From: Octopus vulgaris
Lineage: Eukaryota
Assembly (NCBI GenBank): GCA_951406725.2
Contig: OX597816.1
Location: 177,754,001-177,818,000 of the forward strand
Length of the DNA: 64,000 bases
Direction of reading: 5' to 3'
Under the pieces are notes generated by a model. That model searched no databases, had not been told where the DNA came from, and saw only the letters and a list, made by a program, of their open reading frames with translations. This document shows, piece after piece, positions 16,348 through 30,157 of the stretch. Within the stretch, counting starts at the first letter, position 1; each line of letters begins with the position of its first letter. The position numbers and the translations under genes were made by a program.

Positions 16348-16935
16348 CAAATAAGAAAATGGAGAAACAATTTAGTTGGTTCATCAGGTTTCGGATATTA
16401 GAATTTTGACTTATTTATTTAACAAAAATGAGAACCTTAATAACATACGTATATACGTTATAATTCAATACATATAAGATAAGAATATAATTATAAAAAT
16501 CTTAATATAAACAATTGAAATCATTAAAATCACTCTTACAGCTGTTTCAGCCTATGGAAAAAAGTAGTTTTTCAGTGCCTATAGTTGTCAATTATATTGA
16601 GGTTGTAGGCATTTAAAAATGGGGTACTTATATATAACCCATAGGCCTCGTCAGAGATTATAAAGAACTTTAAATATATAAATACATGAAACATGATAGA
16701 CGTACAATTTAATATATATAAATATAAACAAATATCCATATACACATACACACATAAGCAAAGTATATACACCTTTACATTGTATAAATACATAAATAAG
16801 CACAATTAAACAATAGGTCCAAGCAAATAGACCGTTCGTCATATGCATATATATACATATATACTGGAACATATACATACGTCCATGCTCATGACTACAT
16901 AAACAATATTTAATAATTACTAATATTATTATTAC

Positions 16936-17000
<65 letters not shown>

Positions 17001-17899
17001 TTATCATTATTATTATTATTATTATCAATAATAACAATATCATTAGATTTAGAGTAATCTTCACTTCACAATACATATAGTAGATTCCAATATATCATAT
17101 ATTACGATACATTATAAACAATTCATTACGGTAGATTTAAATTTATAAATTTTAAAACCACAATCAATACAAACAGATACAATATTGTTCTTCTTCATAC
17201 ACACAAGTCCATGCGTGTGGGCAACAAATAGAAGCAACATGTGCATATATATACATACGTTCAAATATACACTAATATCTATATAAGGATTTTTTCTTTA
17301 CGTCACAGTTAAATTATACGTATATGTATGTTTGTCCATCGAATTAATATGATTTCACAGAATATTTTTATAGAATATTTCATAAAAAGAAAACATTTGT
17401 TAAGAAATAATAGATTAGCTATAAGAGCCATGTTATATGTTGTATATTAATATTTTAGAATTTCAAAATTATTGGGGGTTAGGGAGCGATTATTTTTAAT
17501 CATAAGCTATATCCAATTGGTTAACAAATTTGAATTTCTATGTCTCAGTTACGGTTAGTTAATAGAAGACCGAATGATTAAGTAAATATACCATGTTAAA
17601 CTCTCGTAATTACAATGTATATCCTTAAATTAACTTTCAAATATTAATCGTAAACAAAGAATTCTTACAATAAGCAATACAAGTGTAATTTAATATATGA
17701 GAATTTATCTACAAAATTTAATAAAGCATATAAAAATTCAACCATATGTTATATAGATTTTATATATATATATACATATACATATATACATGTGCATACA
17801 CAAACATACATACACACATACATATACATAAATATACATGCATACATATATATTGATATATTCTTACACAAAGTCACAGATACATATCTACAGTCCTAC

Positions 17900-17939
<40 letters not shown>

Positions 17940-18840
17940 CACATACATTTATACATCAACATATCAACATATAAATCAATATATACAAACACATACATAT
18001 CCACACACTTATATACATTTAGGTCTCCAATTGAACAAATAAACTAATTATAAGTTAAATAATCATATACCCAATATTTTCATTAAACAAATAAACGAGA
18101 AGTTACCTATGTCTATAAATACATTTGTATAGACACAATACATTCTCCATACATACGATATTACTTGATATACATACATACCCATATATATCTCCACACA
18201 TAATATATATTTATACATACATATATATGCATATATAAATATACCCATACATTCACATGCATATACATGTACGTACACACATTACATTCTTCCACATATG
18301 AGTATAAATATGTACACTCAAAGAACCTCCATATACACATACTTACATGCAAATATACATATGCAAGCTCACATTTACATATCACTCCACACATACACAC
18401 ACACCCACACATACACACATATATATATACATATATACACGCACACATATACTTATGTATACATACATACATACATACATATGCAAAAGTAAATGTATCC
18501 ACACACATAAAAATACAACCATACATACTTGCGTGTACAGATAACCACACAGGTAATTATATACCCTAATTTAAATACATAAATACACATATATCTACAT
18601 AAGTATAAGCTAGACTACATATATATATATAAGTATATATTTCTCCATTTTCTTATTTGTATTATAAATTAATGCTAAATTATTTCTTTACCTTCACTCA
18701 TTTAATACAATAAGTAAGTTAATAGCATTGCAATTAAAAACACTTGTGTATTAATAATTTGTGTATTATACCAACAGTATATTGGATAAATATTATCCCC
18801 TAGTGGGTTGTATCCATAACCCCTAACTTACTTGGTGCTA
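16341..18840. mobile_element. PLE-type element with long inverted segment and short tail
   Basis: 27-bp inverted match TATAATACAAATAAGAAAATGGAGAAA (16341-16367) vs 18640-18666; HHR inside; (TA)n on both sides. Confidence 0.6.
16534..16657 (-). ncRNA. Type I hammerhead ribozyme with large stem II insertion
   Basis: TCT-CTGACGA-GGCCTATGG..CCATAGGCT-GAAA-CAGCTG-TA-AGA; palindromic stem III ACAGCTGT. Confidence 0.85.
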
Positions 18841-18851
18841 TATATATATAT

Positions 18852-19029
18852 AGGCGCAGGAGTGGCTGTGTGGTAAATAGATTGTTTACCAACCACATGA
18901 TTCCGGGTTCAGTCCCACTGCGTGGCACCTTGGGCAAGTGTCTTCTACTATAGCCTCGGGCCAACCAAACCCTTGTGAGTGGATTTGATAGATGGAAACT
19001 GAAAGAAGCCCGTCGTATATATGTATATA

Positions 19030-19087
<58 letters not shown>

Positions 19088-19263
19088 TGTTTGTCCCCCT
19101 AGCCTTGCTTGACAACCGATGCTGGTGTGTTTATGTCCCCGTTACTTAGCGGTTCGGCAAAAGAGACCGATAGAATAAGTACTGGGGTCGAGTTGCTCGA
19201 TTAAAGGTGGTGCTCCAGCATGGCCGCAGTCAAATGACTGAAACAAGTAAAAGAGTAAAAGAG

Positions 19264-19265
<2 letters not shown>
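18852..19265 (+). mobile_element. tRNA-derived SINE family A, near full length
   Basis: AGGCGCAGGAGTGGCTGTGTGGTAA head, CCTTGGGCAAGT core-like block, GTAAAAGA tail. Confidence 0.92.
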
Positions 19266-19305
<40 letters not shown>

Positions 19306-19983
19306 GAAAAAGTCAAGGTAGAAAATGCGAAAATAATTATATAAAATACATTTCAGTACCGGTTTCAGTCATTGAGATCTTTTCAATGTATGAAAACAAT
19401 TATATTTTGGGAAAATTAAAAGAAAAGTTTTTTTAAAAGAATATTTGCATTGTATTCAAATACAAGGGGCATTTTCCTTGCTTTTGTCTGTCTCTATCCC
19501 TGTTGTTTACTCTGGTGGGTTCGAAATCATTGTGGATTCTTGGCAGAGAAGAAGATAGTGAAGAAGAAGGTGGAGGAGGAGAATGTGGGAGTGCCATGAT
19601 AATAGTACGATGTTTAATTTTCAACTGCCCCGAAAGTTGCACTTGATCATTTAACATAAATTAAGGAAGGATGTGGCGGTGAGGAAGATGACGAAGAAAA
19701 AGAAGGAGAAAGAGAAGAGATAATAATAAAGGAACGCAGGTTGTATGGTAGTAGTAGGATGTTAAATGGTCAAGGGTCCTAAAAGTGGATCATTGTGGAT
19801 TATAGCAGAGATGGGGACTGTTTTTTTAATGAATTCTTGGGTAACTCTTGAATGCATCATTTTCAATATTTGCCTGAGTGTTTGTGTTATTCTAGGTTCG
19901 TGGTGGATATGTCGTTTGTTGTAGATGCGTTCAAAAGGGGTCTGTATTTTGTGCCCTTCTAATTTAATTGAATTCTGTCTCTG

Positions 19984-20075
19984 TGCAGCTGAAGATTGCT
20001 CTACATTTTAAATTGATGTAATGAGATGATTGCATTGTTAAATTAAATGGAGTTGCATGAAACGATTGTACTGCA
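19984..20075 (+). ncRNA. Type I hammerhead ribozyme
   Basis: TGCAG-CTGAAGA-(imperfect long stem II)-GAAA-CGATT-GTA-CTGCA; perfect 5-bp stem I. Confidence 0.8.
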
Positions 20076-20187
20076 TTACCCCTCGATATCCTTGTTGCTT
20101 ATTTTGATTTTAATCACCTTATTTTGAAATTGCATGGATAACACCATACTAAATTCTGGTGCCTCAACTTAAGTGCCATATTCATCT

Positions 20188-20708
20188 CGTGATGGTGTCA
20201 AGCCTATCTGGCGACGTCGATGTTCGCCTGGGGCTAAATGCAACAGTAACACCCTCACCACCCTGCCCTGTCCCTAGCCATATTCAGATGGCTTTAGTCC
20301 CTTATGTTATCGAGCAGTTACTGTCTATATCTCTTTTAGAGAATTATTATTGCTTTCGAACAGATTTTCGAAATCAGCAAATGTATTTTGCTTGAAAATC
20401 TATATAAGAAAATCCTGCAGAGTGAGAATTTCGTCGAGGAAGCGGAGGCCTACCACACGCCGATGATAGGCAATACACCTTGAAACCATGGTCCGTGTGT
20501 GGTTTCCGCTTCATCGGGGAATTATCTCCCTTTGCAGGTTAAGGGCACCGTGACGGTGTCGAGCCTTTCTGGTGACGTCGATGTTCGCCTGGGGCTAAAT
20601 GCAACAGTAACACCCCCACCACCCTGCCCTGTCCCTAGCCATATTCAGATGGCTTTAGTCCCTTATGTTATCGAGCAGTTACTGTCTATATGTCATTTAG
20701 AGAATTAT

Positions 20709-20711
<3 letters not shown>
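20188..20711 (+). mobile_element. Retrozyme-like partial tandem, 361-bp period
   Basis: Direct repeats 20188-20350 and 20549-20711 (7 mismatches counted in 163 bp) around an HHR-bearing rod-like hairpin. Confidence 0.7.
20454..20499 (+). ncRNA. Type I hammerhead ribozyme, variant core CCGAUGA
   Basis: CACACG-CCGATGA-T-AGG-CAATACA-CCT-T-GAAA-CCATGG-TC-CGTGTG; 6-bp stem I, palindromic stem III, GUC site. Confidence 0.8.
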
Positions 20712-20730
<19 letters not shown>

Positions 20731-20739
<9 letters not shown>

Positions 20740-20910
20740 AAATATAAGAGAGCTAACTTTGAATATGTTAACTCTAGTGCTCATATTCAAAGTTAGATCT
20801 CTTATATTTACGGATAAATATGTATTTGTCTCCCTGGTTTATTGTGCTAGGTCGCTTGGTGTTAAAATAAGGGTATTATTGAATTAATATCTAATTATTT
20901 TCACCCTCAT

Positions 20911-20912
<2 letters not shown>
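20731..20912 (+). mobile_element. Very short PLE-type element (hairpin + tail)
   Basis: TATCCGTAAATATAAGAG.GCTAACTTTGAATATG inverted around a short spacer; tail TTGTGCTAGGTC.CT resembles 42993-43010; flanked by (TA)n. Confidence 0.6.
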
Positions 20913-20951
<39 letters not shown>

Positions 20952-21065
20952 TATATAGATAAATATTTATGTCTATCCATCTGTACATATATAACGTATG
21001 CATATACTTATCTATCTATCTACCTCTCTGTCTCTCCCTCTCTCCCCTCTCTCCCTCTCTCTCTA

Positions 21066-21123
<58 letters not shown>

Positions 21124-21134
21124 GAGAGAGAGAG

Positions 21135-21312
21135 CATTTTTTTCCTCCGTCTTCCCTTCTCGGGATCTTTCCTTCTCCTTTGTTTCCGACGAAGAGCTCA
21201 GCTCGAAACGTTAAACCCTCCTTCTTCCCTTCCCTCCTGAGCGTCCAATAATAATTTATTTGTTCCACGTCCTTGCATTGCTGTGTTTTTTTTTGTGTTT
21301 TCTTGTTTGGAT

Positions 21313-21318
<6 letters not shown>
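21135..21318 (+). mobile_element. PLE pLTR fragment with HHR (CCGACGA), copy 1
   Basis: GTTT-CCGACGA-A-GAGC-TCA-GCTC-GAAACGTT-AAAC at 21182-21216; ends GGATTAACT(AT)n. Confidence 0.8.
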
Positions 21319-21356
<38 letters not shown>

Positions 21357-23312
21357 TATGACGTATTGGTAGATATTTGTTCCTGTGTGATATTATGTAT
21401 TCAAATCTCACAGAGGACAAATTTGCTGTTCATTCCTTCGACACGTTTGCCATGCTGTATCGGGCCTTGTGCTTCCTTTGAGCAGGATTATTGGCCTGCA
21501 GAAGGAAGACGTGCGTTCTTGGGAAACTATGCAGACTTCCCATTAAAAATATTTTTAAAGGCCTATACCTTGGAGACTTATTTTCCAGCTTCAAATCTCG
21601 GTCTCATGAAACACACTGTTGAGCTAAAAACGTGTGTATGTATGTATGTTTGTATGTGTGTATATATATATCCTTATAGATTCAGATACATATATATGTG
21701 CGTCTCTGTGTAAATATATATATATATATATATATGTGTGTGTATGTGTGTGTGTGTGTGTGTGTGTGAATATATATGTGTGTGTATATGTGTATATAAT
21801 ATATATACGCATACGCAAACACAAATTCATGCAGTTATTATATATCTATAAATGAAAATATAAAATAAGCACATACGTACATACATGGGGATGTATGTAT
21901 CTATATATTCTGTTTATATTCTGTAATATATACAATTCTGTAACTTTTCCATGCTTAAATAATAGGTATTTCTGCGAGAGTATTTGCTAGTAGACATCTC
22001 GTTTGTTTATTATTTTTTCGGTCACCCGCAATTTCGTTTCTTGGTTTATAGAAAAATGATAGCGCGTTTCGACTACCCTCAACTGTTATAAATAGAGGGT
22101 GCATAGTTACAAATTGCCTATTCCCCCCCCCCCCCTCTGGTCCGCTGATGATAGTGCCAAGTATGTGAAACTTTAGGCTGAAACCTGGAGTTATTTTAAG
22201 GGATATATTTCTCAATGTATTTATTTGTATTATTGCACACACACACTAATCCACGGATGCATCCATCAATCCACCATCTTTGCATGTCTGCTGTGTCTGT
22301 GTCTGTAAGCACATACTCGCACGCGCGCACACACACACTTTAATGTTTGTCAAAAACAATTTTACATTAATCTGATTGATGACTCTATACATTTGTAGAG
22401 TACAAGTTTATTATTTTTAAGCAAGAATATTATTGATAGTGACTTCGATGTTTTGGCCAGCTGAGCCATCGTTGGATTGCGATAAATTGACTCTTTATAG
22501 TCTCTGTTGAGTTAAAATCTTCCTGGGTATGTGGGCTTGAGTGCAGTGGTAATTAGGTTGTAGGATGTGTTGTGCTGGAGAGGTATTTTGGAGAAATTTG
22601 GGATTGTCTTATTGCTTAGAATTTATTAGTGTATATGGAACTTTGCAAGCAAGTATATTTACGTATGTTCCCTTAAGGTAATAGGATTATTTTTGAGTGT
22701 CTCACAAAAAGGATATAAAACTTACTATTTGGAGGTGTCAACCTTTTGTAATGGAATTTTTTAAGGGTTCACAAAAGAACGTAAGAAGGTGGTGTGGTTC
22801 ATCAGTTTTTTTACTTGTTACTTAGTGTATTTCCTGTTTTATATTTGGAACGCTAGAGTTATTAGTCTGGTATATCATGGTATCGTTAGGATATAAATAA
22901 GGTTACCTCGTAATTTGATGTTCAGAAGAGGATATGGGTAGATATAAAGGTTGTTGGTCTGTATCTTTCTCTCAAGGGCTTCATTGTTTTATAAGTAATT
23001 TGAGTAATGTGTAGACATTCTAACCTGCTTTTTATGGAGACAGATCTTTGGGGCTATGTGCTTAGTGTTTCAATTCTGCTTCAAACGGGGTTATTTTATA
23101 ATATATTCTTTTAGGCCTATGTATATAGGCAAAAGTGGAACATTATAAAAAGTGGGTACATACTCATGTATACAAATGGATATAAAATTTAATTAAAAAT
23201 TGATTTTAAAATAAAAAATACGGAATTTAAAAAAGAAAAATGTCTTCCAATTTGTTTACATACAAATGTGTGTGTGGATTTACGTAAGAAATATATATAC
23301 ATATATATATGT

Positions 23313-23352
<40 letters not shown>

Positions 23353-23562
23353 GCTTTCAATATGTGACCTCGTGAGTACCTCCAGCGATTTTTTCCCTCT
23401 GTCTTCCCTTCTCTGGATCTTTCCTTTTCCTATGTTTCCGACGAAGAGCTCCGCTCGAAACGTTAAACCCTCCTTCTTCCCTTCTTTCCTGAGCGTCCAA
23501 TAATACTTTATTTGTTCCACGTCCTCGCGTTGCTGTGTTTTTTTGTGTTTTCTTGTTTGGAT

Positions 23563-23568
<6 letters not shown>
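23353..23568 (+). mobile_element. PLE pLTR fragment with HHR (CCGACGA), copy 2
   Basis: Same motif at 23434-23468; same 3' end; between (TA)n tracts. Confidence 0.8.
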
Positions 23569-23628
<60 letters not shown>

Positions 23629-23629
23629 G

Positions 23630-24220
23630 GGGGATTCTACGTGTATATAAGGAAAGTTTTAGGAAATTTCTACAGAACTTGCTTATTTTAAAGCTGTAGA
23701 AATGTTTTTCATGTACATTTTTAGGATAACTTATGGTGTAGGTGGAGGGACAGAAGATGATTAGTATTTTTTTAATTTTGCGCTTCCATGATTTTTGGTC
23801 TTGAGTGTAAGAATGTGGTAAGATTCATTAGTACAAAGTTGGCAAGGCTTTGTCATTACCTTGGTATGGGTGAACATGTGAGAGGATTTTCCAATTTATT
23901 CTAAAGGAGTTATTTTTTATCATAAGCCCATATGCCTTTGAATAGTAACGAATCATTTTTCCTGTTCGGATTGCGATGTGTGTGAGTTGGTTGTATCGTA
24001 TCTTGAACTGGTTTTTTGTAGCTATAAGTGGATATAGTAGTTGGTGTCCTATTCGGGAATAGCGTTCCACCCAATCCTATATTTCTTGAGAGACAGATTC
24101 CTTCGAGAGAACAGGATAAATGTGCTTTATTAGTATTACGTAGAATACACTCATTACAACAAAAACACAAATTTAGAGCAATGTACAGGGAAAATCACAC
24201 ATTAACAATACGTATTTTGA
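23630..24220 (-). mobile_element. Decayed Penelope-like GIY-YIG endonuclease region
   Basis: CNEC..SCSLEGICLSRNI, FKIRYNQ and FRINWKILSHVHPY match PLE endonuclease-domain patterns; stops and frameshifts. 22340-23150 may be decayed RT of the same element. Confidence 0.6.
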
Positions 24221-25089
24221 AATGGTTATGTTTCCTAAAACAGGCCAAGGCTAAGCATCGTACAAGGCTGCGCGGTTTTTAACTTCGTCGCAGGATGAAG
24301 ATTTAGCCAACTAAATCAAAAATTATTTCCTGACTGGTATATAATAGTTGACGATAGAAGAATGAAAAATGAAGTCGAAGCCAGCTTGATGTTAATACAG
24401 AAAAATAAGAGAAATCGCGAAGTACCATAAAACACAAGTTCTGGCGCTTTACCAGTTTTACCACGAGAAATATTTTTCTCGGATAGATTTTGATATCGAT
24501 TTCTTTATTTTAGAGAATTCATTATCATCACTGCTGTTATCAAAAAGAAACAAAATTATACCCCATCAACCATTTATATAGATCAGTTGTAATACCTTGA
24601 CGTTTGCCATTTAGTCTGCTAATATTTCTTCTCGAACTTTGGAGTGTAAACGTTGATCTGAGAAAGATTATATTTCAACAAAGTGAAGTTTTTCATTATC
24701 TTATAATGATAACTTCAACTCGTCCCGCTAGTTAAGTTTTGAGAAAAATGGGATATTTTAAACTGTAAAATACACTGATAATTTCTATGAGTCTTCATTG
24801 CTTTAGCAACGACCCAAACAATTACAGTAACTCACCTCACACTATATATATATACATATGTTGTGTTTGTAAAATTTGGGGTAGTTGGATTATCTATGTA
24901 TATACCGAAAACCAATATTAAAAGCCTAGTTAAGACATTGCTTTTAGACTTTCCACCATATCTTCAATTGAAAATATACTAAACGAAATAGCAACTCCAT
25001 TTAAAGAAGCTTTCAATAACAGCCGTTTCAAAGAAAAGTGCAAAATAAAAACAAACCTCCCACGATGAATATAACATGTAAGAATAGAA

Positions 25090-26600
25090 AAAGGAAAATC
25101 ATAACGCAGAGAAAATTGAAGAGAAAATTGCTCTCATATCCGTGCGTGACAACCGATATCGGATAAAAGAAAAAAAACGTCAAGACCGAATCAATGTTAT
25201 GGATGCGGTGGTCTACATTTTAAAAATAACTGGCCGTTTAAAAATATAAAATGCTTCAAGTGTGGTGAGACAGGTCATAAAAATCACACTATAAACAAAA
25301 CCTAAAAAAAGGTTCAACAGAAAAAAAATCACGTAAACAGGTTATTGGTGACAAGAAATACGAACGATCCGCAAAGGAAATGTGTATCTAAAAATGAAAA
25401 GCACAAACGTAAAGTTACAAGTGAATACGGTCAGAAATATCTCGATAATTAATACAGATACGTGAAAAAAATCGGGAGAACTAGATTAAAAGAAACTTCG
25501 ACAATTGCCTGTGGCGTTTCAAGAAAAGAATTATATTTTAAGTGCGAATTGATACGTGACATTACATTTCGTGAAAAAACATTAAATGCTAAAGTTCTTG
25601 TGTTGAATAATACAAATTTATTCGGGACTGACTGGATGGAATTATCTAACTTATGGAACCTCCCCATAAATCTTTTCTGTCGCCGGGCAAATAAAAAAAA
25701 TTAAAGATTTTTCCTGAGGTTCTGTCTGATAAATTAGGTCTGTGCACCAAAACGAAAGCGAAGTTTCAAATAAAAGAAAATGCCATACCGACATTTAAAC
25801 AAAAACGAACGGTACCGTTCGCAGCGTTAGAACAGATAAACTTGAAGTTAGAGAAAGAGTAGAAAAAATTAGAGTTGTCCAAAAAGTGGAATATAAAGTC
25901 AATGGGTAACACCACCTGTGTTCGTTAAGAAAAAGAGGTATACAATTAAGGTGTGTGCTGATATTTCCACTGGTTTAAACGAATGTCTTAAAACGTGCCA
26001 CTATCCATTACCTACTCTGGGCGATATTTTTGCGAAATTAAACGGTGACACGATATTTTCTAGACTGGATCTCTCTGAAAGCTGTAAATACCTAACAATT
26101 AACATACATAAAGGATTGTATAAATACAACAGGTTACCATTTGGCTTAAAAGTCGCACTAGCGATTTTTCAACAGATTATGGATGCAATGTTAGCGGACT
26201 GTGAATTCGTACTTTCATATCTGGATAATATACTCATTAAAACGAATCCAGGGACCAACACGTACAGCAAGTAAAATGTGTGTTCGAAAAAATCAGGAAT
26301 TACGACTTTACTTTGAGTGAAGGAAATGTGAATTTTTTCTTACCGAATATAAGATATTTAGACAAATCATTTCCAGAAATGGACGTCGACCAGATCCGTC
26401 AAGGGCTGACGCAGTTAAAAATGTCCCCCTCCGACTAGTGTTGGGACCTTAAAAGTTTTTGTGAGACAGGCAAATTATTACCAAAATTATATTTCAAATA
26501 TGCATAAGGTGAGAGTAACACTGAATAATCTGCTAAAACAAGACATGAAGTGGAATTGGTTGGAAATTTGTCAAAAGGCGTTTGACGAAATTAAAAACTT
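25090..26600 (+). mobile_element. Ty3/Gypsy LTR-retrotransposon gag-pol remnant
   Basis: CFKCGETGH zinc knuckle; CADISTGLN, YPLP, SRLDLS, YNRLPFG, FQQIMD, YLDNILI RT motifs; multiple lesions. Confidence 0.9.
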
Positions 26601-27130
26601 CGAACATGCACCGGAAACTTGTAGGTGTGAAGGTTTCCAGGAAGGCTTCGCTGTAGGTCTTCATTGAGTTTCGCAACAAATGGCTTTTTCACACAGCCAG
26701 TTCAGGTTTTGGTAGTTTATGTGCAGATCGGGAAAAATGGCGGTCCATAGGTGTGCCTACGTGTGAGGCAGCCATTTCTCCAGCTGCATCGGAGGGAGCT
26801 GTGCCATCACAAACGGTGAGACGTTGCTTGTCACCCGATAAGTTGTTGCTGAAAAGCAGAGGCCTCATGTTCGGTCAAAAATGAAGGATTTAAGGGCAAA
26901 AAACTGATTTTCTACTCAGTTTTTCGCAATTGTTAATGAATTCTGCGCAAGTCGGAGTCTCCTAACGTTATCTTTAGAATGAGTAAATAGTGTATAACGT
27001 TTGAACGCAATCCACCGAAGCAGTGAGAAGTTTTTGAAGATTTAAAGGGGGAAAAAGTGTATAAAATTCGATTCTTTAAGTTTTTCGCAGTTCTTTTGTC
27101 ACACAGAGGTGCCTTTGAACATAAAAGAAT

Positions 27131-27264
<134 letters not shown>

Positions 27265-27430
27265 ATCATATATATATATATTATAAAAATATTATATACA
27301 TATAGATATATAAATATTAAATATATATATATATCATATATCATATATCATATATATAACGTATATAAATACCATATATTTATACGCACACACACACACG
27401 CACACAGATATTCATATTTATATATATATA

Positions 27431-27644
27431 GCTTTTCAAAATGTGACCTCGTGTGTACCGTTGGCGATTTTTTTCTTCTGTCTTCCCTTCTCTGGATCTT
27501 TCCTTCTCCTATGTTTCCGACGAAGAGCTCCGCTCGAAACGTTAAACCCTCCTTCTTTCCTTCTTTCCTGAGCGTCCAATAATACTATATTTGTTCCACG
27601 TCCTCGTGTTGTGTTTTTTTGTGCTTTCTTGTTTGGATTAACTT
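27431..27644 (+). mobile_element. PLE pLTR fragment with HHR (CCGACGA), copy 3
   Basis: Same motif at 27513-27547. Confidence 0.8.
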
Positions 27645-27841
27645 TATATATATATAAATAGAGAGAGAGAGAGAGAGAGAGAGAAAGCAATAAGGAAGTT
27701 AGTATTTTTTAAAGCCAGTAAAACACTAATACACACACACACACAAACATACACACTCACACACACACACATCTATATCATATCATATTAAGGCTTTCCC
27801 TCCACACGACAACTCGTCTTGTTTTGTCTCTATTAGTCGAA

Positions 27842-27883
<42 letters not shown>

Positions 27884-28229
27884 TTTGTGCGTCTATGTTT
27901 AGTTAGTGTGGGGGAAAGTGTTTGTAATATTTGTATCTCCTGTTTATACACGTTCGTGCAATTTGTTTTTGTTTATTTTGTTCATAGAAGTTAAAATCTT
28001 GTCCACACAGAACAGGCGCAACAATTAGACAAATCACGGAAGCTACACACATAATAGAAGATAAACCTAGCCTGAATAGGAAACTGGAATGGAACACTAG
28101 CACACACCACAACATATGACAGAAGAAGATCCCCATAAACTGGTTACAATATAAACAAAACTAAAAAACACAATAAAATACACAGATAAATAAACAAATA
28201 GAAGTAAATAACTATATACATTAACGAAA

Positions 28230-28373
28230 ATGGCCCAGTGGTTAGGGCAGCGGACTCGCGGTCGTACGATCGCGGTTTCGATTCCCAGACCGGGCGTTGT
28301 GTGTGTTTATTGAGCGAAAACACCTAAAAAGCTCCACAAGGCTCTGGCATGGGTGGTGGCGATTCCTGCTGTA
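28230..28373 (+). mobile_element. tRNA-derived SINE family C, 5' part
   Basis: A-box TGGCCCAGTGG, B-box GTTTCGATTCC; probable 3' parts of the same family at 56968-57085 (+) and 62836-62996 (-). Confidence 0.75.
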
Positions 28374-28382
28374 AGTTTTTTA

Positions 28383-29083
28383 AGGCACAGGAGTGGCTGT
28401 GTGGTAAGTAGCTTGTTTACCAACCACATGGTTCCGGGTTCAGCCCCACTGCGTGGCACCTTGGGCAAGTGTCTTCTACTGTAGCCTCGGGCCGACCAAA
28501 GCCTTGTGAGTGGATTTGGTAGACGGAAACTGAAAGAAGCCCGTCGTATATATGTATCTCCAGCATGGCCGCAGTCAAATGACTGAAACAAGTAAAAGAG
28601 TAAAGAGTAAAGAGTATATGTGTGTGCCTGTATGTTTGAGTGTCTGTGTTTGTCCCCCTAGCATTGCTTGACAACCGATGCTGGTGCGTTTACGTCCCCG
28701 TAACTTAGCGGTTCGGCAAAAGAGACCGATAGAATAAGTACTGGGCTTACAAAGAATAAGTCCCGGGGTCGAGTTTCTCGATTAAAGGCGGTGCTCCAGC
28801 ATGGCCGCAGTCAAATGACTGAAACAAGTAAAAGAGTAAAGAGTAAAGAGTATATGTGTGTGCCTGTATGTTTGAGTGTCTGTGTTTGTCCCCCTAGCAT
28901 TGCTTGACAACCGATGCTGGTGTGTTTACGTTCCCGTAACTTAGCGGTTCGGCAAAAGAGACCGATAGAATAAGTACTGGGCTTACAAAGAATAAGTCCC
29001 GGGGTCGAGTTTCTCGATTAAAGGCGGTGCTCCAGCATGGCCGCAGTCAAATGACTGAAACAAATAAAAGAGTAAAAGAGTAA
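28383..29083 (+). mobile_element. SINE family A with 236-bp tandem reiteration of the 3' half
   Basis: CTCCAGCATGGCC recurs at 28558, 28794 and 29030. Confidence 0.9.
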
Positions 29084-29086
29084 CCA

Positions 29087-29127
<41 letters not shown>

Positions 29128-29349
29128 GTAGGTGTAAACACATGAACAAAATAAACAAAAACAAATTACACGAACGTGTATAAGCAGGAGATACAAATAT
29201 TACAGACACTTCTCACACACACACACACTAAAACACATAGGGGTATACGCATGCGCAAATAAAGACACATACAATAGGAATACAAAATATAAAATGAATG
29301 ACCATAAGTAAGGAGAGACACACAAAATAAAACAGAAGAAAGCAAAGGA

Positions 29350-29389
29350 CCACTGATGAGGTCACAGAAGTGTGACGAAAGAACTCTGG
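29350..29389 (+). ncRNA. Minimal type I hammerhead ribozyme
   Basis: CCA-CTGATGA-G-GTCAC-AGAAGT-GTGAC-GAAA-GAAC-TC-TGG; lies in an element whose 29140-29211 segment is inverted at 27917-27986. Confidence 0.75.
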
Positions 29390-29566
29390 CCGAAATAAGA
29401 TTAAGATTAATGTAAAAAATAAATATCACTGAAGCAAAATAACACCAAATATATAGTGCGTGTGTTTTTATTGGCTAAACTGGCAATATGACCATTCCGA
29501 AATATAACAATATCTGTTTCAACACACGACTTCACATAAAAAATCTTGCACAACAAATATTTAAAC

Positions 29567-29635
<69 letters not shown>

Positions 29636-29638
<3 letters not shown>

Positions 29639-29790
29639 AAAAGTTTAAGAAAAAAAGTCAAAAGGCGAAGACAGGTGGTGTACAAAACAAACAGATGTAT
29701 TAGGATAACGCTCAGGAATAGAAAAAGTATTTTACGTTTCGAGCCTACGCTCTTCTACAGAAAGGGACACAGAAAAAACAAGGAGAGAAA
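29636..29790 (-). mobile_element. PLE pLTR fragment with variant HHR (CUGUAGA)
   Basis: TTT-CTGTAGA-A-GAGC-GTAG-GCTC-GAAACGTA-AAA at 29730-29763. Confidence 0.75.
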
Positions 29791-29818
29791 TATATATATA
29801 TTTATATATATATATATA

Positions 29819-29935
<117 letters not shown>

Positions 29936-30120
29936 TCTTTTATTCTTTAATCATTTGAAAGCGCTCACATTGGAGGAGCACCTTTTAGTCGAGCAAATCG
30001 ACCCCAGGACTTATAATTTGTAAGCCTAGTACTTATTCTATAGATCGCTTTTTGACGAATCGCTACCCTAAGGGGACATAATCCCACCAGCATCGGTTGT
30101 GAAGCTATGTTGGGGGACAA

Positions 30121-30157
<37 letters not shown>

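Noticed and set aside
26600-27122. Possible Kolobok-like transposon end (..GAGGTGCCTTTGAA)
   Set aside because: No matching opposite terminus or coding motif visible; cannot be supported.
28230-28305. Possible tRNA gene
   Set aside because: A/B boxes are present but there is no acceptor stem; it continues into a SINE body.
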